The position numbers and the translations under genes were made by a program. The notes beneath the pieces are model-generated. The model had not been told where the DNA came from, did no database searches, and saw only the letters and a program-made list of their open reading frames with translations. A stretch of DNA of 64,000 nt from a virus. Shown here piece after piece: positions 24,803 to 34,223 of the stretch. Every line of letters begins with the position of its first letter. Position 1 is the first letter of the stretch. Location: positions 1 through 64,000 of IMG/VR virus record IMGVR_UViG_3300042868_012479, one strand, 5' to 3'.

Positions 24803-26229
24803 TACCTTCGGGCAGAAGTAAAGTAAAAGCCAGATCCGCCAAGATCAGAAGCGTAAACAAGCGCATCAACCAAGTCGTCATGAGAGCCGTTTGGGAATGC
24901 CATCATTTCGGCCTCAAGCTCATCAATGCCCGGAGCATTGCTTACGTGGAAAACCTTCCCCCCCTCATACCGTGCCGCAAGCGCCCGTGAGCGCGTCACC
25001 TTATCGCGGTCCGGTCGAACGGGTCGGGCAGGCAGGGTAGTTGCTGAGAGCATTTCTCGCACAAAAGTGCTTTGGTGCTGCACAGCTTCAATGTTTAACG
25101 ACTCAAAAAATCGAGGATCTTCAGACTCCGGGTCAAGCCCCTTGATGGCCAAGAGGCGCTGTGGCCAGCCCATGCGTGGGCCACGTGCGTCATTGATGCT
25201 TCCGTCGTTGTTGAAGCCGGTAAGCCAAGCACGATGGCCCTCAGTCAGCCGGGCCTTCCAGGCCCCAACGATGTAAAGGTTATGCTCAGAATCCTCAACT
25301 ACCTCTACTGCGGAGGTGTAGTCGCTTCGTTCGCTAGCTGAGGATGCAAGGTCAACGCCAATGCGCCTAGCGCCTTCTGGGACGCGGTCAACCCGCTTAA
25401 ACCACTCGTATCGGAAGATGTTCCCGCCCATCGATGTAACGTCATTCTGAAACTGCAACATAAAGATTGGCGTGCCAAGCTCCATGCGTTTCTGCTCCAT
25501 GTCGGCGACCGTGTACATTTCAGGCCAAAGGACTTTGTCCTCCTCAAGGGCTCGGCGCTGATAGTGGGCTACATGCTTGGCGATTAGTTCGGCGTAGAAA
25601 TCATCCTCGTGCCAACGGGTTCCGATGTACCAGCGTTTTGATTTTGGCACAAGCATTGGGTCAACAACTTGCCAATACGTGTCGCTAGCTTTCTGCCGCT
25701 GCATGGCGGTGGCATTTTCCTTCATGCCAACCATGTCGTCCGCAAACAAGATGTCAAGACGCGCGCCAGGCTTGATTGATCCAAGGCCGTCGGCGAAACA
25801 TGTTGAGTCTTTGCCAAGGTTTGCTCCCTTTACCGTCCAAACTTCATCAGTCCACTTTGAACCAATAACGCCATCTTGTGCCCACGGAAAGATTTCAGCA
25901 AAATGCGGGGACTCAATGAGAGATTTAATTGCCCTGGATCGAGCAAGCGCGTCAGACATGACGGCAGTAAGAACCCCAATGCGCACTTTTCCTTTGGTTA
26001 CCCCAATCATCCGAGCAGCCCGGTGGATAAGCTGAGTAGTCTTTGCGTGGCCGCGAGGCATCAAAACAAGACCACGGTCGTTCTGGTCAAGGAACTGTTC
26101 CATTTCTCGCAAGTGGCGAGGAAAGACCAGGCCGCTCATATACTCGGCAAACGCAGCATCCGATGTTTGCGCCTTGACGCGCAACCATTCCCGATAGCTA
26201 TTGTTAACGCTCTTCGGCTGTTCCATCAA
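24799..26229 (-). CDS. terL: Terminase large subunit
   Basis: Walker A MPRGHAKTT; ILFADD; IGTRWHEDD; nuclease IGVDLA and HDDLVDAL. Confidence 0.95.
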   Translation of the reverse strand: MMEQPKSVNNSYREWLRVKAQTSDAAFAEYMSGLVFPRHLREMEQFLDQNDRGLVLMPRGHAKTTQLIHRAARMIGVTKGKVRIGVLTAVMSDALARSRAIKSLIESPHFAEIFPWAQDGVIGSKWTDEVWTVKGANLGKDSTCFADGLGSIKPGARLDILFADDMVGMKENATAMQRQKASDTYWQVVDPMLVPKSKRWYIGTRWHEDDFYAELIAKHVAHYQRRALEEDKVLWPEMYTVADMEQKRMELGTPIFMLQFQNDVTSMGGNIFRYEWFKRVDRVPEGARRIGVDLASSASERSDYTSAVEVVEDSEHNLYIVGAWKARLTEGHRAWLTGFNNDGSINDARGPRMGWPQRLLAIKGLDPESEDPRFFESLNIEAVQHQSTFVREMLSATTLPARPVRPDRDKVTRSRALAARYEGGKVFHVSNAPGIDELEAEMMAFPNGSHDDLVDALVYASDLGGSGFYFTSARRY

Positions 26230-26719
26230 TCACCTGAATTTGATCCGTAAGCTCGCTGGCCCACATAGTAAGACGCTTTGCTAGGTCCTCAGGAGCAAGC
26301 GTATCAATTTCATGAATGTTTTGATTAATCTGAATAGCAACATTTGTACTCCCTGTCTTGATTTGGGCAAACTCATTGGTATATGCGCCCGTGAGCTTTG
26401 CCAGTCGATCAATGACTTCAAGCTGCAACTTCAGAAACATGGCCTCTTCCTTGGTGCCCCGAGCCCGAGCGGCTCCCCCAGCTGCCATTTTCCCAACCAG
26501 GTTTGCCCGCTGTATAAGCTCCATGCGGCTAGAGGCGGCATCAGGGCCCTCTTCTGACCATTGCTTTCTAATCACATAAATATGCTTTCGCACAGTTTCT
26601 GTAGATAATTGCATCGCCGTGGCGATTTCCGGCAAAGGCACACCTTGGAGGTGCAGGCCCTTAATCTTCTCCCTTAGAGCAGTTAGCTGCTCAGCGCCTA
26701 CGCGCCCACGCTTTGCCAT
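26204..26719 (-). CDS. terS: Terminase small subunit (putative)
   Basis: N-terminal HTH and helical body; immediately upstream of and overlapping terL. Confidence 0.7.
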   Translation of the reverse strand: MAKRGRVGAEQLTALREKIKGLHLQGVPLPEIATAMQLSTETVRKHIYVIRKQWSEEGPDAASSRMELIQRANLVGKMAAGGAARARGTKEEAMFLKLQLEVIDRLAKLTGAYTNEFAQIKTGSTNVAIQINQNIHEIDTLAPEDLAKRLTMWASELTDQIQVIDGTAEER

Positions 26720-26739
26720 AGTCGTAGTATACTTGCATC
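26720..26739. promoter_or_regulatory. Bidirectional -10 element serving two leaderless genes
   Basis: CAT-N6-AGTATACT-N6-ATG. Confidence 0.75.
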
Positions 26740-26988
26740 ATGACTGAAAGCAGGTCCTGTAATTTCTGCGGTGGATCTTCCCCTGATGTTGCCTTTAAGT
26801 GTATAAAGTGCAAAAAATACAGTGACTCGTGCTCATTTCACGGCAAGGAGAACGCAATATGCTACGATTGCCGCCATACGGATGCCCTGGTGCGGACTTG
26901 CCTGAACTGTGGGCAACAGATGCGAGACGAGAAGTGCAAGCTGGTTTGCCAATGTGGCTACTTTGCTTCGTGCTCGGATTATTATTGA
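26740..26988 (+). CDS. Multi-Zn-finger small protein
   Basis: Many CxxC; ends CKLVCQCGYFASCSDYY. Confidence 0.7.
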   Translation: MTESRSCNFCGGSSPDVAFKCIKCKKYSDSCSFHGKENAICYDCRHTDALVRTCLNCGQQMRDEKCKLVCQCGYFASCSDYY

Positions 26989-26995
26989 GGTGTCT

Positions 26996-27337
26996 ATGAT
27001 TCGAGTGGCAATCACCGGGGGCGACCTCCAGCGCATACTTGCAAGGGACTTTGCCCAATACCCAAGCATAAAAGAGGCTTGCGAGCATGCCTGCGCTGAA
27101 TACGGGCTAACAGCCGAGACCATGCGCTGCTATGCGTCCGGGGGCGTGCCTATGAGGAGCCGAGCCTACCCAAAGATCCGAAAACGACTGACGGAAATTG
27201 AGCAAGAAGAGGTCACGGCCATGGTCAGCGTGACCGTGGCAAGCAAAAAGCTAGTTGAGTCTCTTACGGCCCAGATTCAAGCATACGAGACAGCAGCCGA
27301 TTCCCTGCGTAAGATTAGGGACAACATCGCCCAGTAG
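26996..27337 (+). CDS. HTH-like plus coiled-coil protein
   Basis: GAGGTG RBS before MIRVAIT. Confidence 0.7.
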   Translation: MIRVAITGGDLQRILARDFAQYPSIKEACEHACAEYGLTAETMRCYASGGVPMRSRAYPKIRKRLTEIEQEEVTAMVSVTVASKKLVESLTAQIQAYETAADSLRKIRDNIAQ

Positions 27338-27355
27338 TGCATAGAGGAGTCCCCC

Positions 27356-27703
27356 ATGGCTGCATCAACATATAATATTTCTGCCGAACAAGGCACGGAC
27401 TACACCGCTGCCCTTACGTATGCCAACTCTGCCGGAACCGCCATTAACATTACTGGCTATACCGCCAGGATGCAGGTTCGGCGAACTGCTGGTTCTCCAA
27501 ACGCCGTCTTGACGCTAACAAATACGAGCGGGATTACTTTGGGCGGAGCAGCAGGAACGGTTGCCATTGCGATCCCTGCCGCTGCGTTGGCTATTATTGA
27601 CTCAGGAAACTATCGATATGATCTTGAGCTTGTCTCTGGCGCTGGGGTTGTTACCAAGCTAATCTCCGGAGACTTTGTAGTCACCGGAGAAGTAACGAGA
27701 TGA
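27356..27703 (+). CDS. Tail-fibre attachment/adaptor-like beta-sandwich protein
   Basis: YNISAEQGTDY...ITGYTARMQVR...YRYDLEL...ISGDFVV.GEVTR. Confidence 0.75.
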   Translation: MAASTYNISAEQGTDYTAALTYANSAGTAINITGYTARMQVRRTAGSPNAVLTLTNTSGITLGGAAGTVAIAIPAAALAIIDSGNYRYDLELVSGAGVVTKLISGDFVVTGEVTR

Positions 27704-28152
27704 GCCCGGATGTAAACATTGTCGACATCAATCTAACCGTCACCGAAGAGGCAGACAATACGGTTAGCGTCGCTCAGACAAGCAATGCCATCACTGCGGT
27801 CGAAACAACCAATAGCGTTACTGTGGCATCTGTTGGGCTTCAAGGCCCTAAAGGCGACACCGGATCAACCGGATCAACCGGAGCAGCCGGATCACAGGGG
27901 CCACAAGGGCCACAGGGTGAGACTGGATCCCAGGGCCCGCAGGGAACTGGAGCTTCTCACACCACCTATACGCACAATCAAAACACTGCCTCGTCTACCT
28001 GGAGCGTTACGCACAATTTGAATTGTTTTCCGTCTGTCATGGTTGTAGATTCAGCCGGTAGTGTCGTTTACGGCAACATTGAGTATCTTGACAACAACAG
28101 CCTGCGGCTTACGTTCGTTGCCGCCTTTGGCGGTAAGGCATACCTAAACTAA
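27700..28152 (+). CDS. Collagen-repeat virion fibre protein
   Basis: About 13 Gly-X-Y triplets; WSVTHNLNCFPSVMVVD. Confidence 0.85.
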   Translation: MSPDVNIVDINLTVTEEADNTVSVAQTSNAITAVETTNSVTVASVGLQGPKGDTGSTGSTGAAGSQGPQGPQGETGSQGPQGTGASHTTYTHNQNTASSTWSVTHNLNCFPSVMVVDSAGSVVYGNIEYLDNNSLRLTFVAAFGGKAYLN

Positions 28153-28161
28153 GGGGGAAGC

Positions 28162-29937
28162 ATGAAGTTCTTAACCAATCTTGACCTTCAGAAAAATGAG
28201 CTGCAGAACGCCACGCTACAGAACCTTGCCACCGACCCGGCATCGCCAGTTCAGGGCCAGATTTATTACAACACCGCCTCTGACGCCATCAAGGTCTACG
28301 ACGGTGCCGCATGGATTACATTGGCCACCGGCGGCGGAACAGTTACTTCGGTAACCGCCTCCAGCCCGCTCGCCTCTTCCGGCGGCAATACGCCAAACAT
28401 TACTATCCAGGACGGCACGACCAGCCAAAAGGGTGCCGTACAGCTTGAAAACTCCACCTCCAGCACCTCAACGACCACGGCTGCTGTTCCGGCCTCCGTC
28501 AAGTCTGCTTACGACCTGGCCGCAAGCAAGGCAAGCACCTCAAACAAGTTAAGTGATTTTGCAGCAACCTCTTCTACCGAGCTTGCTGGCGTTATCTCTG
28601 ACGAGACCGGCACAGGCGCTCTGGTGTTTGCCAACAGCCCAACGCTCGTTACGCCTGCACTTGGCACGCCATCAAGCGCTACCCTTACAAATGCAAGCGG
28701 TCTTCCAATTAGTACTGGTGTTTCTGGCCTTGGAACCGGTGTTGCCACGTTCCTTGCAACACCATCTTCTGCAAATCTGATTTCTGCTATTACCGATGAG
28801 ACCGGGACTGGCGCGCTAGTTTTTGCCAATACCCCAACGCTTAACGGCGCGACTATTACTGCAACAGGGCAGACGCCAACAATTCACGGTATCTACCTGC
28901 CAGAAACGCACGGTATTTACTTTGAGGGCGCAACTGCTGACGCTCACGAGACATTCCTATACGTTGTAGACCCAACCGCAGACCGAACAATTACCCTTCC
29001 AGATGCGACGGGTACGGTTGCGTTGACCGCAAACAAGCTGAGCTCCTTTGCAGCAACTTCTTCAAGCGAACTCGCTGGTGTCATCTCCGACGAGACGGGC
29101 ACTGGTGCGTTGGTATTTGCCAATACGCCAACACTCGTTACGCCAAACATTGGAGCAGCAACCGGAACAAGCCTTGTTCTTTCTGGAGATCTAACGGTAA
29201 ACGGAACCACGACAACCATCAACTCAACCACCCTTACGGTGGACGACAAGAATATTGAGCTTGGATCAACGGTAACCCCAAGCGATGCCGGTGCGGACGG
29301 CGGCGGTATTACCCTCAAGGGAACAACGGATAAGACCCTCAACTGGGTTGACGCTACGGACGCATGGACTTCTTCGGAGCACTTCAACCTGCTCACCGGG
29401 AAGAAGTTTTATATTGCGGGGACTGAAGTTCTTAGCGGAACGACCCTTGGCAGCGGAGTCACCGGCTCAAGCCTGACCTCTGTCGGCACAATCGCCACCG
29501 GCGTGTGGAACGGCACGGCGATTGCCATTGCAAACGGTGGTACTGGCGCAACTGACGCTGGCGCTGCCCGCACGGCCCTCGGCCTTGCAATCGGCACGGA
29601 CGTCCAGGCATATAACAGCACACTTGCTGCCGTTGCTGGTGGAACCTATACCGGAGATGACAGCATTACAACCGTTGGCACGATCTCTGCTGGTACGTGG
29701 AACGGCACGGCAATTGGTGCCAACTACGGCGGAGCGCTTCGCTACAACACCAGCGCCACCTGGACTGCTGGAGAAGCTAAGACGGTTACCCACAGCCTTG
29801 GAACCAAGGCAGTAGTCGTTTCCGTGTACGATTCTGGCGATGCGGCAGTGATTTGTGACGTAGTAACGGCCACGACCGACACCCTGACCGTCACGATCAG
29901 CCTGGCCGGGACGTATCGAGTCGTCGTTCTAGGGTAA
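28162..29937 (+). CDS. Fibre/spike protein with internal repeats
   Basis: T/G/S-rich; three DETGTGALVFAN repeats; IAIANGGTGAT..AARTALG. Confidence 0.8.
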   Translation: MKFLTNLDLQKNELQNATLQNLATDPASPVQGQIYYNTASDAIKVYDGAAWITLATGGGTVTSVTASSPLASSGGNTPNITIQDGTTSQKGAVQLENSTSSTSTTTAAVPASVKSAYDLAASKASTSNKLSDFAATSSTELAGVISDETGTGALVFANSPTLVTPALGTPSSATLTNASGLPISTGVSGLGTGVATFLATPSSANLISAITDETGTGALVFANTPTLNGATITATGQTPTIHGIYLPETHGIYFEGATADAHETFLYVVDPTADRTITLPDATGTVALTANKLSSFAATSSSELAGVISDETGTGALVFANTPTLVTPNIGAATGTSLVLSGDLTVNGTTTTINSTTLTVDDKNIELGSTVTPSDAGADGGGITLKGTTDKTLNWVDATDAWTSSEHFNLLTGKKFYIAGTEVLSGTTLGSGVTGSSLTSVGTIATGVWNGTAIAIANGGTGATDAGAARTALGLAIGTDVQAYNSTLAAVAGGTYTGDDSITTVGTISAGTWNGTAIGANYGGALRYNTSATWTAGEAKTVTHSLGTKAVVVSVYDSGDAAVICDVVTATTDTLTVTISLAGTYRVVVLG

Positions 29938-29946
29938 GATACCCCT

Positions 29947-30669
29947 ATGGTAAAAATTCTTAGCGACGTTCAGCTTGACGCAACGACGGACGATCTGACC
30001 GTTGATGGAACAATTGTGGCCACGGGCGGGAACGCCACCACAGAGACTGATACCGCAAGCATTAACGCCGTTGGGTATAACCAACGCGGTGGTGTTGGCT
30101 ATCACGGATTCCTTGACATCAAGAATACATATGGGTCTGCAACAAACCCCAAGAAGTTCTTCAGGCTCAACTCCTCTGGGGCAATTGAGATTATCAACAA
30201 CGCCTACACGACAAACCTTTTTACTCTTGATAACGACGGAGACCTTACCGTCCCGGGTTATATTAAAAGCGGCATGACTGCCCAGCGATATAACAACGGC
30301 GGTAGTGTAACAAACACAACTGGGGTTGGCACTAGTTACGTTGATATTGCTGGTCACACGGTAACGTTTACGCCAAACTATGTTGGTCAGCGGTGGCTGA
30401 TTACCTTCACGGGGGCATCTTACACAAATACAAACACCGACCAATATATTATTTATCAAATTTTTGTTAACGGCTCTAACCTTTTCTATACGAGAACAGT
30501 CAACATTGAAAGCGGAATTAACTACTCAACCAACGTCAGCGGAATGGATGTCTACACATCTGTTGGCACAACCGCAGTAGAAGTTACGGTTGGTGTTCGT
30601 ATGCAGACAACAACTAACGTTACCGTAAGCACAACATATGCTCGTCTTAACGCCGTACCGCTAACATAA
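29947..30669 (+). CDS. Fibre tip / receptor-binding-like protein
   Basis: Beta-rich; TAAGAT-N6-ATG start. Confidence 0.65.
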   Translation: MVKILSDVQLDATTDDLTVDGTIVATGGNATTETDTASINAVGYNQRGGVGYHGFLDIKNTYGSATNPKKFFRLNSSGAIEIINNAYTTNLFTLDNDGDLTVPGYIKSGMTAQRYNNGGSVTNTTGVGTSYVDIAGHTVTFTPNYVGQRWLITFTGASYTNTNTDQYIIYQIFVNGSNLFYTRTVNIESGINYSTNVSGMDVYTSVGTTAVEVTVGVRMQTTTNVTVSTTYARLNAVPLT

Positions 30670-30678
30670 GGAGGGGCC

Positions 30679-30843
30679 ATGAGCGAGATTGCTTTGATTA
30701 TTACAGCTACGTGCAAAACCCCTGGGTGCAGCCAGCTTGGTATTGCTAACGTATTTGAGCAGGAGTCCGGCATTGATTTTGTGGTACACTGCGGACAGTG
30801 TCAACATGCAATTGAAGACATCACAGCGACACCAAAGGAGTAA
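30679..30843 (+). CDS. 54-aa Zn-binding protein following fibre gene
   Basis: Read by hand; AAGGAGG RBS; TCKTPGC...VHCGQC. Confidence 0.75.
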   Translation: MSEIALIITATCKTPGCSQLGIANVFEQESGIDFVVHCGQCQHAIEDITATPKE

Positions 30844-30845
30844 TC

Positions 30846-31022
30846 ATGGAGCAACGAGTAACAACTGAGCAGCTGATTTACAAAATCGGCGCACTTACGC
30901 TAGAAAACGATATCTTGCGCGCGCAGATCGAGCAGCTGCAGAAGCAAATCGCAGCTCTTCCAAAGCCAGAAGAACATGTTCATCCAACAACAACGGTGAG
31001 CTTCAACAGCATCAGCGATTAA
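30846..31022 (+). CDS. 58-aa coiled-coil protein
   Basis: AAGGAG RBS; KIGALTLENDILRAQIEQLQKQ. Confidence 0.7.
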   Translation: MEQRVTTEQLIYKIGALTLENDILRAQIEQLQKQIAALPKPEEHVHPTTTVSFNSISD

Positions 31023-31042
31023 TTAGTTAATCGTTTTGTATT

Positions 31043-31080
31043 AAAGAGTCTGTCGGTTTTTGCCGGCAGACTTTTTATTT
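31043..31080 (+). terminator. Rho-independent terminator
   Basis: AGTCTGTCGG...CCGGCAGACT followed by T-tract. Confidence 0.8.
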
Positions 31081-31154
31081 GTTGTTCGTTACGTTTTCAT
31101 TATGTATATTGTGTACGTCAACCCCTGCTTGCGCTAAATGTTTGAGGTACAGAT

Positions 31155-31340
31155 GTGACTGCCAACCAATCCCAACAAATTCTTCAGCGTCTTGAAAAAA
31201 TTGAAGAGGAGATCACTGCTATGCGCGTTGAAATGGCAGAGACTCGTGGCGCATATCGACTTGCCAAGTTTGTCCTTGGCATTCTTGGGCTAACCGGCAT
31301 TAGCGGCTTTATGGCCTGGATGTCAGGGCAGTCAAAATGA
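31155..31340 (+). CDS. Small coiled-coil plus TM protein
   Basis: GAGGT-GTG; C-terminal TM. Confidence 0.7.
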   Translation: MTANQSQQILQRLEKIEEEITAMRVEMAETRGAYRLAKFVLGILGLTGISGFMAWMSGQSK

Positions 31341-32788
31341 ACACTAAGATAATGACTACCCTTGCCACTTTGTGGCTTATCTTGGCGACGCTTGCATATG
31401 GCCTGGTTGCCAGCCCGGCATCTGGAAGCCAAAACAACTATGTCGACCGAACGCAAGATTTCTGGATTAATCTTCCAGAGCAGGGCGAGCTTCACCTGTG
31501 GACCGACTTGTGCGACGACACCACTGCACCCTGGTGCCCCGGAACAGTTGACTCAATGCTCTGGCTTTATGACGGCACTGGAACGCTCCTTACTGCCAAC
31601 GATGACTCGTTTACCGAGCACACTGGCGGCTACTCTCTTGCTTCAACAATTCGCATCTCCCTGCCCGCTGGCGAGTATCGAGTCCGTGCTGGCGTCTGCT
31701 GCGGCGACCCAGCGGCCGACCGTTTTGGTGGCAACCACTACTACCTAATCAGCAACTTTGCGGCCGAGCTTGCCCCAGGAACGCCATCAGCTACGTGGAC
31801 ACCAACGCCACCGCCTACTCCGACGCCTACTCCCACACCAACACCTGAGCCGACGCCTACGCCAACTCCTGAGCCAACCCCAACGCCCGTGCCGGACCCA
31901 TACCTGAACGCGCCAACCGGTCTTATGGTGACCGTTTACACCGATGGGAATGTTTATCTAACGTGGAATGCCCCAGAAGCAAGCGGCACCGACATTGAGC
32001 GGTACGGAGTGTTCTGGACCACCGGGGACTTTGCGGGCTGGGCTGCCGCTTCCAGCGAAACCAATATGGGCATTAGCAGCAACGTCTTTGCCATTACCGG
32101 CGGCACTGATCAAACCTACACATTTTGGATCAGGGCTGACAACGACACGCTAGGCATTTTTTCACTTATCTCGGCGACGGTTTCTGTGTTTGTTCCGGCC
32201 CCGCCACCGCCAACCCCAAGCCCTACACCTGAGCCAACCCCAACGCCGACCCCAGAGCCAACGCCTACGCCAACCCCTACGCAGACACCAGAACCGCCAA
32301 CACCTAGCCCTAGCGTGGCTCCTACGCCCACGCCAGAGCCTTCTGTGACGCCGTCCCCGACCCCGCGTCCCAGCCCTAGCCCGGAGGTAACAAATGAGCC
32401 AACCCCCGAGCCGACGCCTACCCCCGAGCCATCTGTGGCCCCTTCTCCTGATCCCAGCCCTGTACCTACTGACACACCTGGACCAATTGATCCAGGCGCT
32501 GCAGTAGAGGCAGTGAGCGAGGCAATCGGAGAAGCTGCGGCAGCTATTGCTAATACTATTGGTGATAGTGTAGAAAACGTCGGTAAAGCCGTCACTGCGG
32601 TTACCAATCTCGGCAAGGATCTCAGCCCAGAGGAGAGGGAGAAGGCTGCGCCAGTCGTGGTTGCAGCTGTCGTGGTGACACAAGTAGCCCAAGCTGCAGC
32701 CGCAGCTGCGGCGGCCGCAAGCGCGGGTAGTTCAGGTGGAGGCGGCGCAAGTGGCTCGTCTTCTAGCGGAAGAAAAGGGAGGAGATAA
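31337..32788 (+). CDS. Exported Pro/Thr-rich surface protein (PPC-like and FN3-like domains, C-terminal hydrophobic segment)
   Basis: Signal peptide; [15 protein letters not shown]; (PT)n linkers; APTGL...LTWNAP. Confidence 0.8.
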   Translation: MNTKIMTTLATLWLILATLAYGLVASPASGSQNNYVDRTQDFWINLPEQGELHLWTDLCDDTTAPWCPGTVDSMLWLYDGTGTLLTANDDSFTEHTGGYSLASTIRISLPAGEYRVRAGVCCGDPAADRFGGNHYYLISNFAAELAPGTPSATWTPTPPPTPTPTPTPTPEPTPTPTPEPTPTPVPDPYLNAPTGLMVTVYTDGNVYLTWNAPEASGTDIERYGVFWTTGDFAGWAAASSETNMGISSNVFAITGGTDQTYTFWIRADNDTLGIFSLISATVSVFVPAPPPPTPSPTPEPTPTPTPEPTPTPTPTQTPEPPTPSPSVAPTPTPEPSVTPSPTPRPSPSPEVTNEPTPEPTPTPEPSVAPSPDPSPVPTDTPGPIDPGAAVEAVSEAIGEAAAAIANTIGDSVENVGKAVTAVTNLGKDLSPEEREKAAPVVVAAVVVTQVAQAAAAAAAAASAGSSGGGGASGSSSSGRKGRR

Positions 32789-32790
32789 AC

Positions 32791-32967
32791 ATGCTTAAAA
32801 ACGCAATCAACGATGTTATCGCTGGAGGCTGGACGATCTTCGGATTGGCTATCGCCTGGGCGGTGCTTCCAGAAGGCGAGACCCGCGACGTAGTGGGCTC
32901 GATCCTGCTTGCCCTTTCCGGTGCATGGCTGATTACCGGGCCACTTCGCTGGCGCGAAGACGACTAA
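32791..32967 (+). CDS. 58-aa 2-TM membrane protein
   Basis: Read by hand; GGAGG RBS; WTIFGLAIAWAVLPEG. Confidence 0.75.
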   Translation: MLKNAINDVIAGGWTIFGLAIAWAVLPEGETRDVVGSILLALSGAWLITGPLRWREDD

Positions 32968-32983
32968 CTAGTTCCTAGCAAAC

Positions 32984-33025
32984 AAAAAGAGGAGGGGCCT
33001 CACGGGGCCCCTCCTCTTTTATTTT
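32984..33025. terminator. Bidirectional terminator between convergent blocks
   Basis: AAAAGAGGAGGGGCC...GGCCCCTCCTCTTTT with A- and T-tracts. Confidence 0.9.
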
Positions 33026-33037
33026 ACCCTATTACAA

Positions 33038-33433
33038 TTATCCCTGGTGGTTTTCGTCTCCAGGATTCTCACCGGCAAGGCTGCCAGCAAGCTCGTCTGC
33101 GATTCCATCTCCGTCAGTGTCAATTGCACTACCGGTAATGTGGGCCGTGCTCTCGGTGGCTGCCTTCTCGTCCGCTCGTGCAGCCTTAGCCTTGCCGACG
33201 CCGAACTTGGAGTCTTCAGGGTTCAGGGCTCGAACAATGACCTGCAGGCAGGCCGCCAATCCCGCAGAGACGACAACTCGGAAGTCGCTACCAGAGATGT
33301 CAAGCAACGGGATACCAAGGCCAAGCGCAACGGCGATTGACGTTGCGATAAAAGCCCGCATGGCCTCCAGAAGCATCTCGTCGATGCCCGTGTTTGCCAT
33401 GATCCATAGAACTGCGTTCTTAATGGCGCTCAT
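33038..33433 (-). CDS. Holin (putative)
   Basis: Two TM helices and charged tail; directly after the lysin-like gene. Confidence 0.7.
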   Translation of the reverse strand: MSAIKNAVLWIMANTGIDEMLLEAMRAFIATSIAVALGLGIPLLDISGSDFRVVVSAGLAACLQVIVRALNPEDSKFGVGKAKAARADEKAATESTAHITGSAIDTDGDGIADELAGSLAGENPGDENHQG

Positions 33434-33447
33434 GTTTACTCCTTCTA

Positions 33448-34164
33448 TTACTTACCGCAGGCCGGGCACTTTGCCGGCACGGCTGGTGCTACTGGTGCCA
33501 CTGGGGCCACAGGAGCTGCCGCAGGCTTGGGCGCAACCCAACCCTTTGGTGCTGAAATGATAATAACATGCTTATGCGGTGGCGCAACGTGCTTCTTGCT
33601 TACGCGCTTAGAGTCGGCGAGGATCTTGAGGGTTGCCTCATCAATCTTGACGCCAAACTGCTCGGCACCCTTGCCGGAACGCGTTGGGCACGCCCACTGC
33701 CAGCCATCAATTGGGTCGTAGACAGCCGCAGTCATGTGGCCGTACGTTCGAGTAGGCTGCTTCTGCTTGACCCACCACCACCTCTGCCACTTGGCATGCC
33801 ACGCGGAAACTTCTAGGCCCTTAGGATAGCCGGCAGGCTGCTCAACCCACACGCCTAGAGCCGCACCGGCCTTGGCGGAGTTGATGACGTCGTTCCAGTC
33901 CGTTGCCCAGCGGGCTTCGGCACCAAGAACCCGTGCGGTCTTAATAAGGTCCGCAAGCGTTGAGCCGTTGTCGCTAACGCCTTGCTTTTCAACAAAGCCG
34001 GTAGCCTTTGCCTTGGCGGCAATGCCGTCTGCGGCGGAAAAATCTTTGCCCGGAGCGTACTTAAACGCCCAAGACACTGCTGCAGCCATAGAAGACGGGC
34101 CGCAATCGTCGAGAATCCCACCCTTTTCCTCGTGGTCGAGCTGGGACTTAACCTTAAATTTCAT
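33448..34164 (-). CDS. C39-like cysteine peptidase, putative endolysin
   Basis: SQLD...DCGPSSMAAA (Cys), YGHMTA (His); APV-repeat tail; position before holin. Confidence 0.7.
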   Translation of the reverse strand: MKFKVKSQLDHEEKGGILDDCGPSSMAAAVSWAFKYAPGKDFSAADGIAAKAKATGFVEKQGVSDNGSTLADLIKTARVLGAEARWATDWNDVINSAKAGAALGVWVEQPAGYPKGLEVSAWHAKWQRWWWVKQKQPTRTYGHMTAAVYDPIDGWQWACPTRSGKGAEQFGVKIDEATLKILADSKRVSKKHVAPPHKHVIIISAPKGWVAPKPAAAPVAPVAPVAPAVPAKCPACGK

Positions 34165-34223
34165 GGGGTACCCCTTTCATATATGTGCCCCTCGGCTAGC
34201 ACATCATACGGAAGATGGCAAGG

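Noticed and set aside
25140-25240. Extra segment in the TerL nuclease domain as a possible intein or intron
   Set aside because: Too short, no intein C/S...HN termini, and the frame is uninterrupted
28540-29150. Repeated DNA in the fibre gene as a possible DGR template/variable pair
   Set aside because: Repeats are in-frame protein repeats with mostly synonymous differences, and no reverse transcriptase is in the window
31790-32480. Tandem repeats resembling a CRISPR or VNTR array
   Set aside because: Degenerate codons for Pro-Thr linkers; no constant repeat with unique spacers and no cas genes
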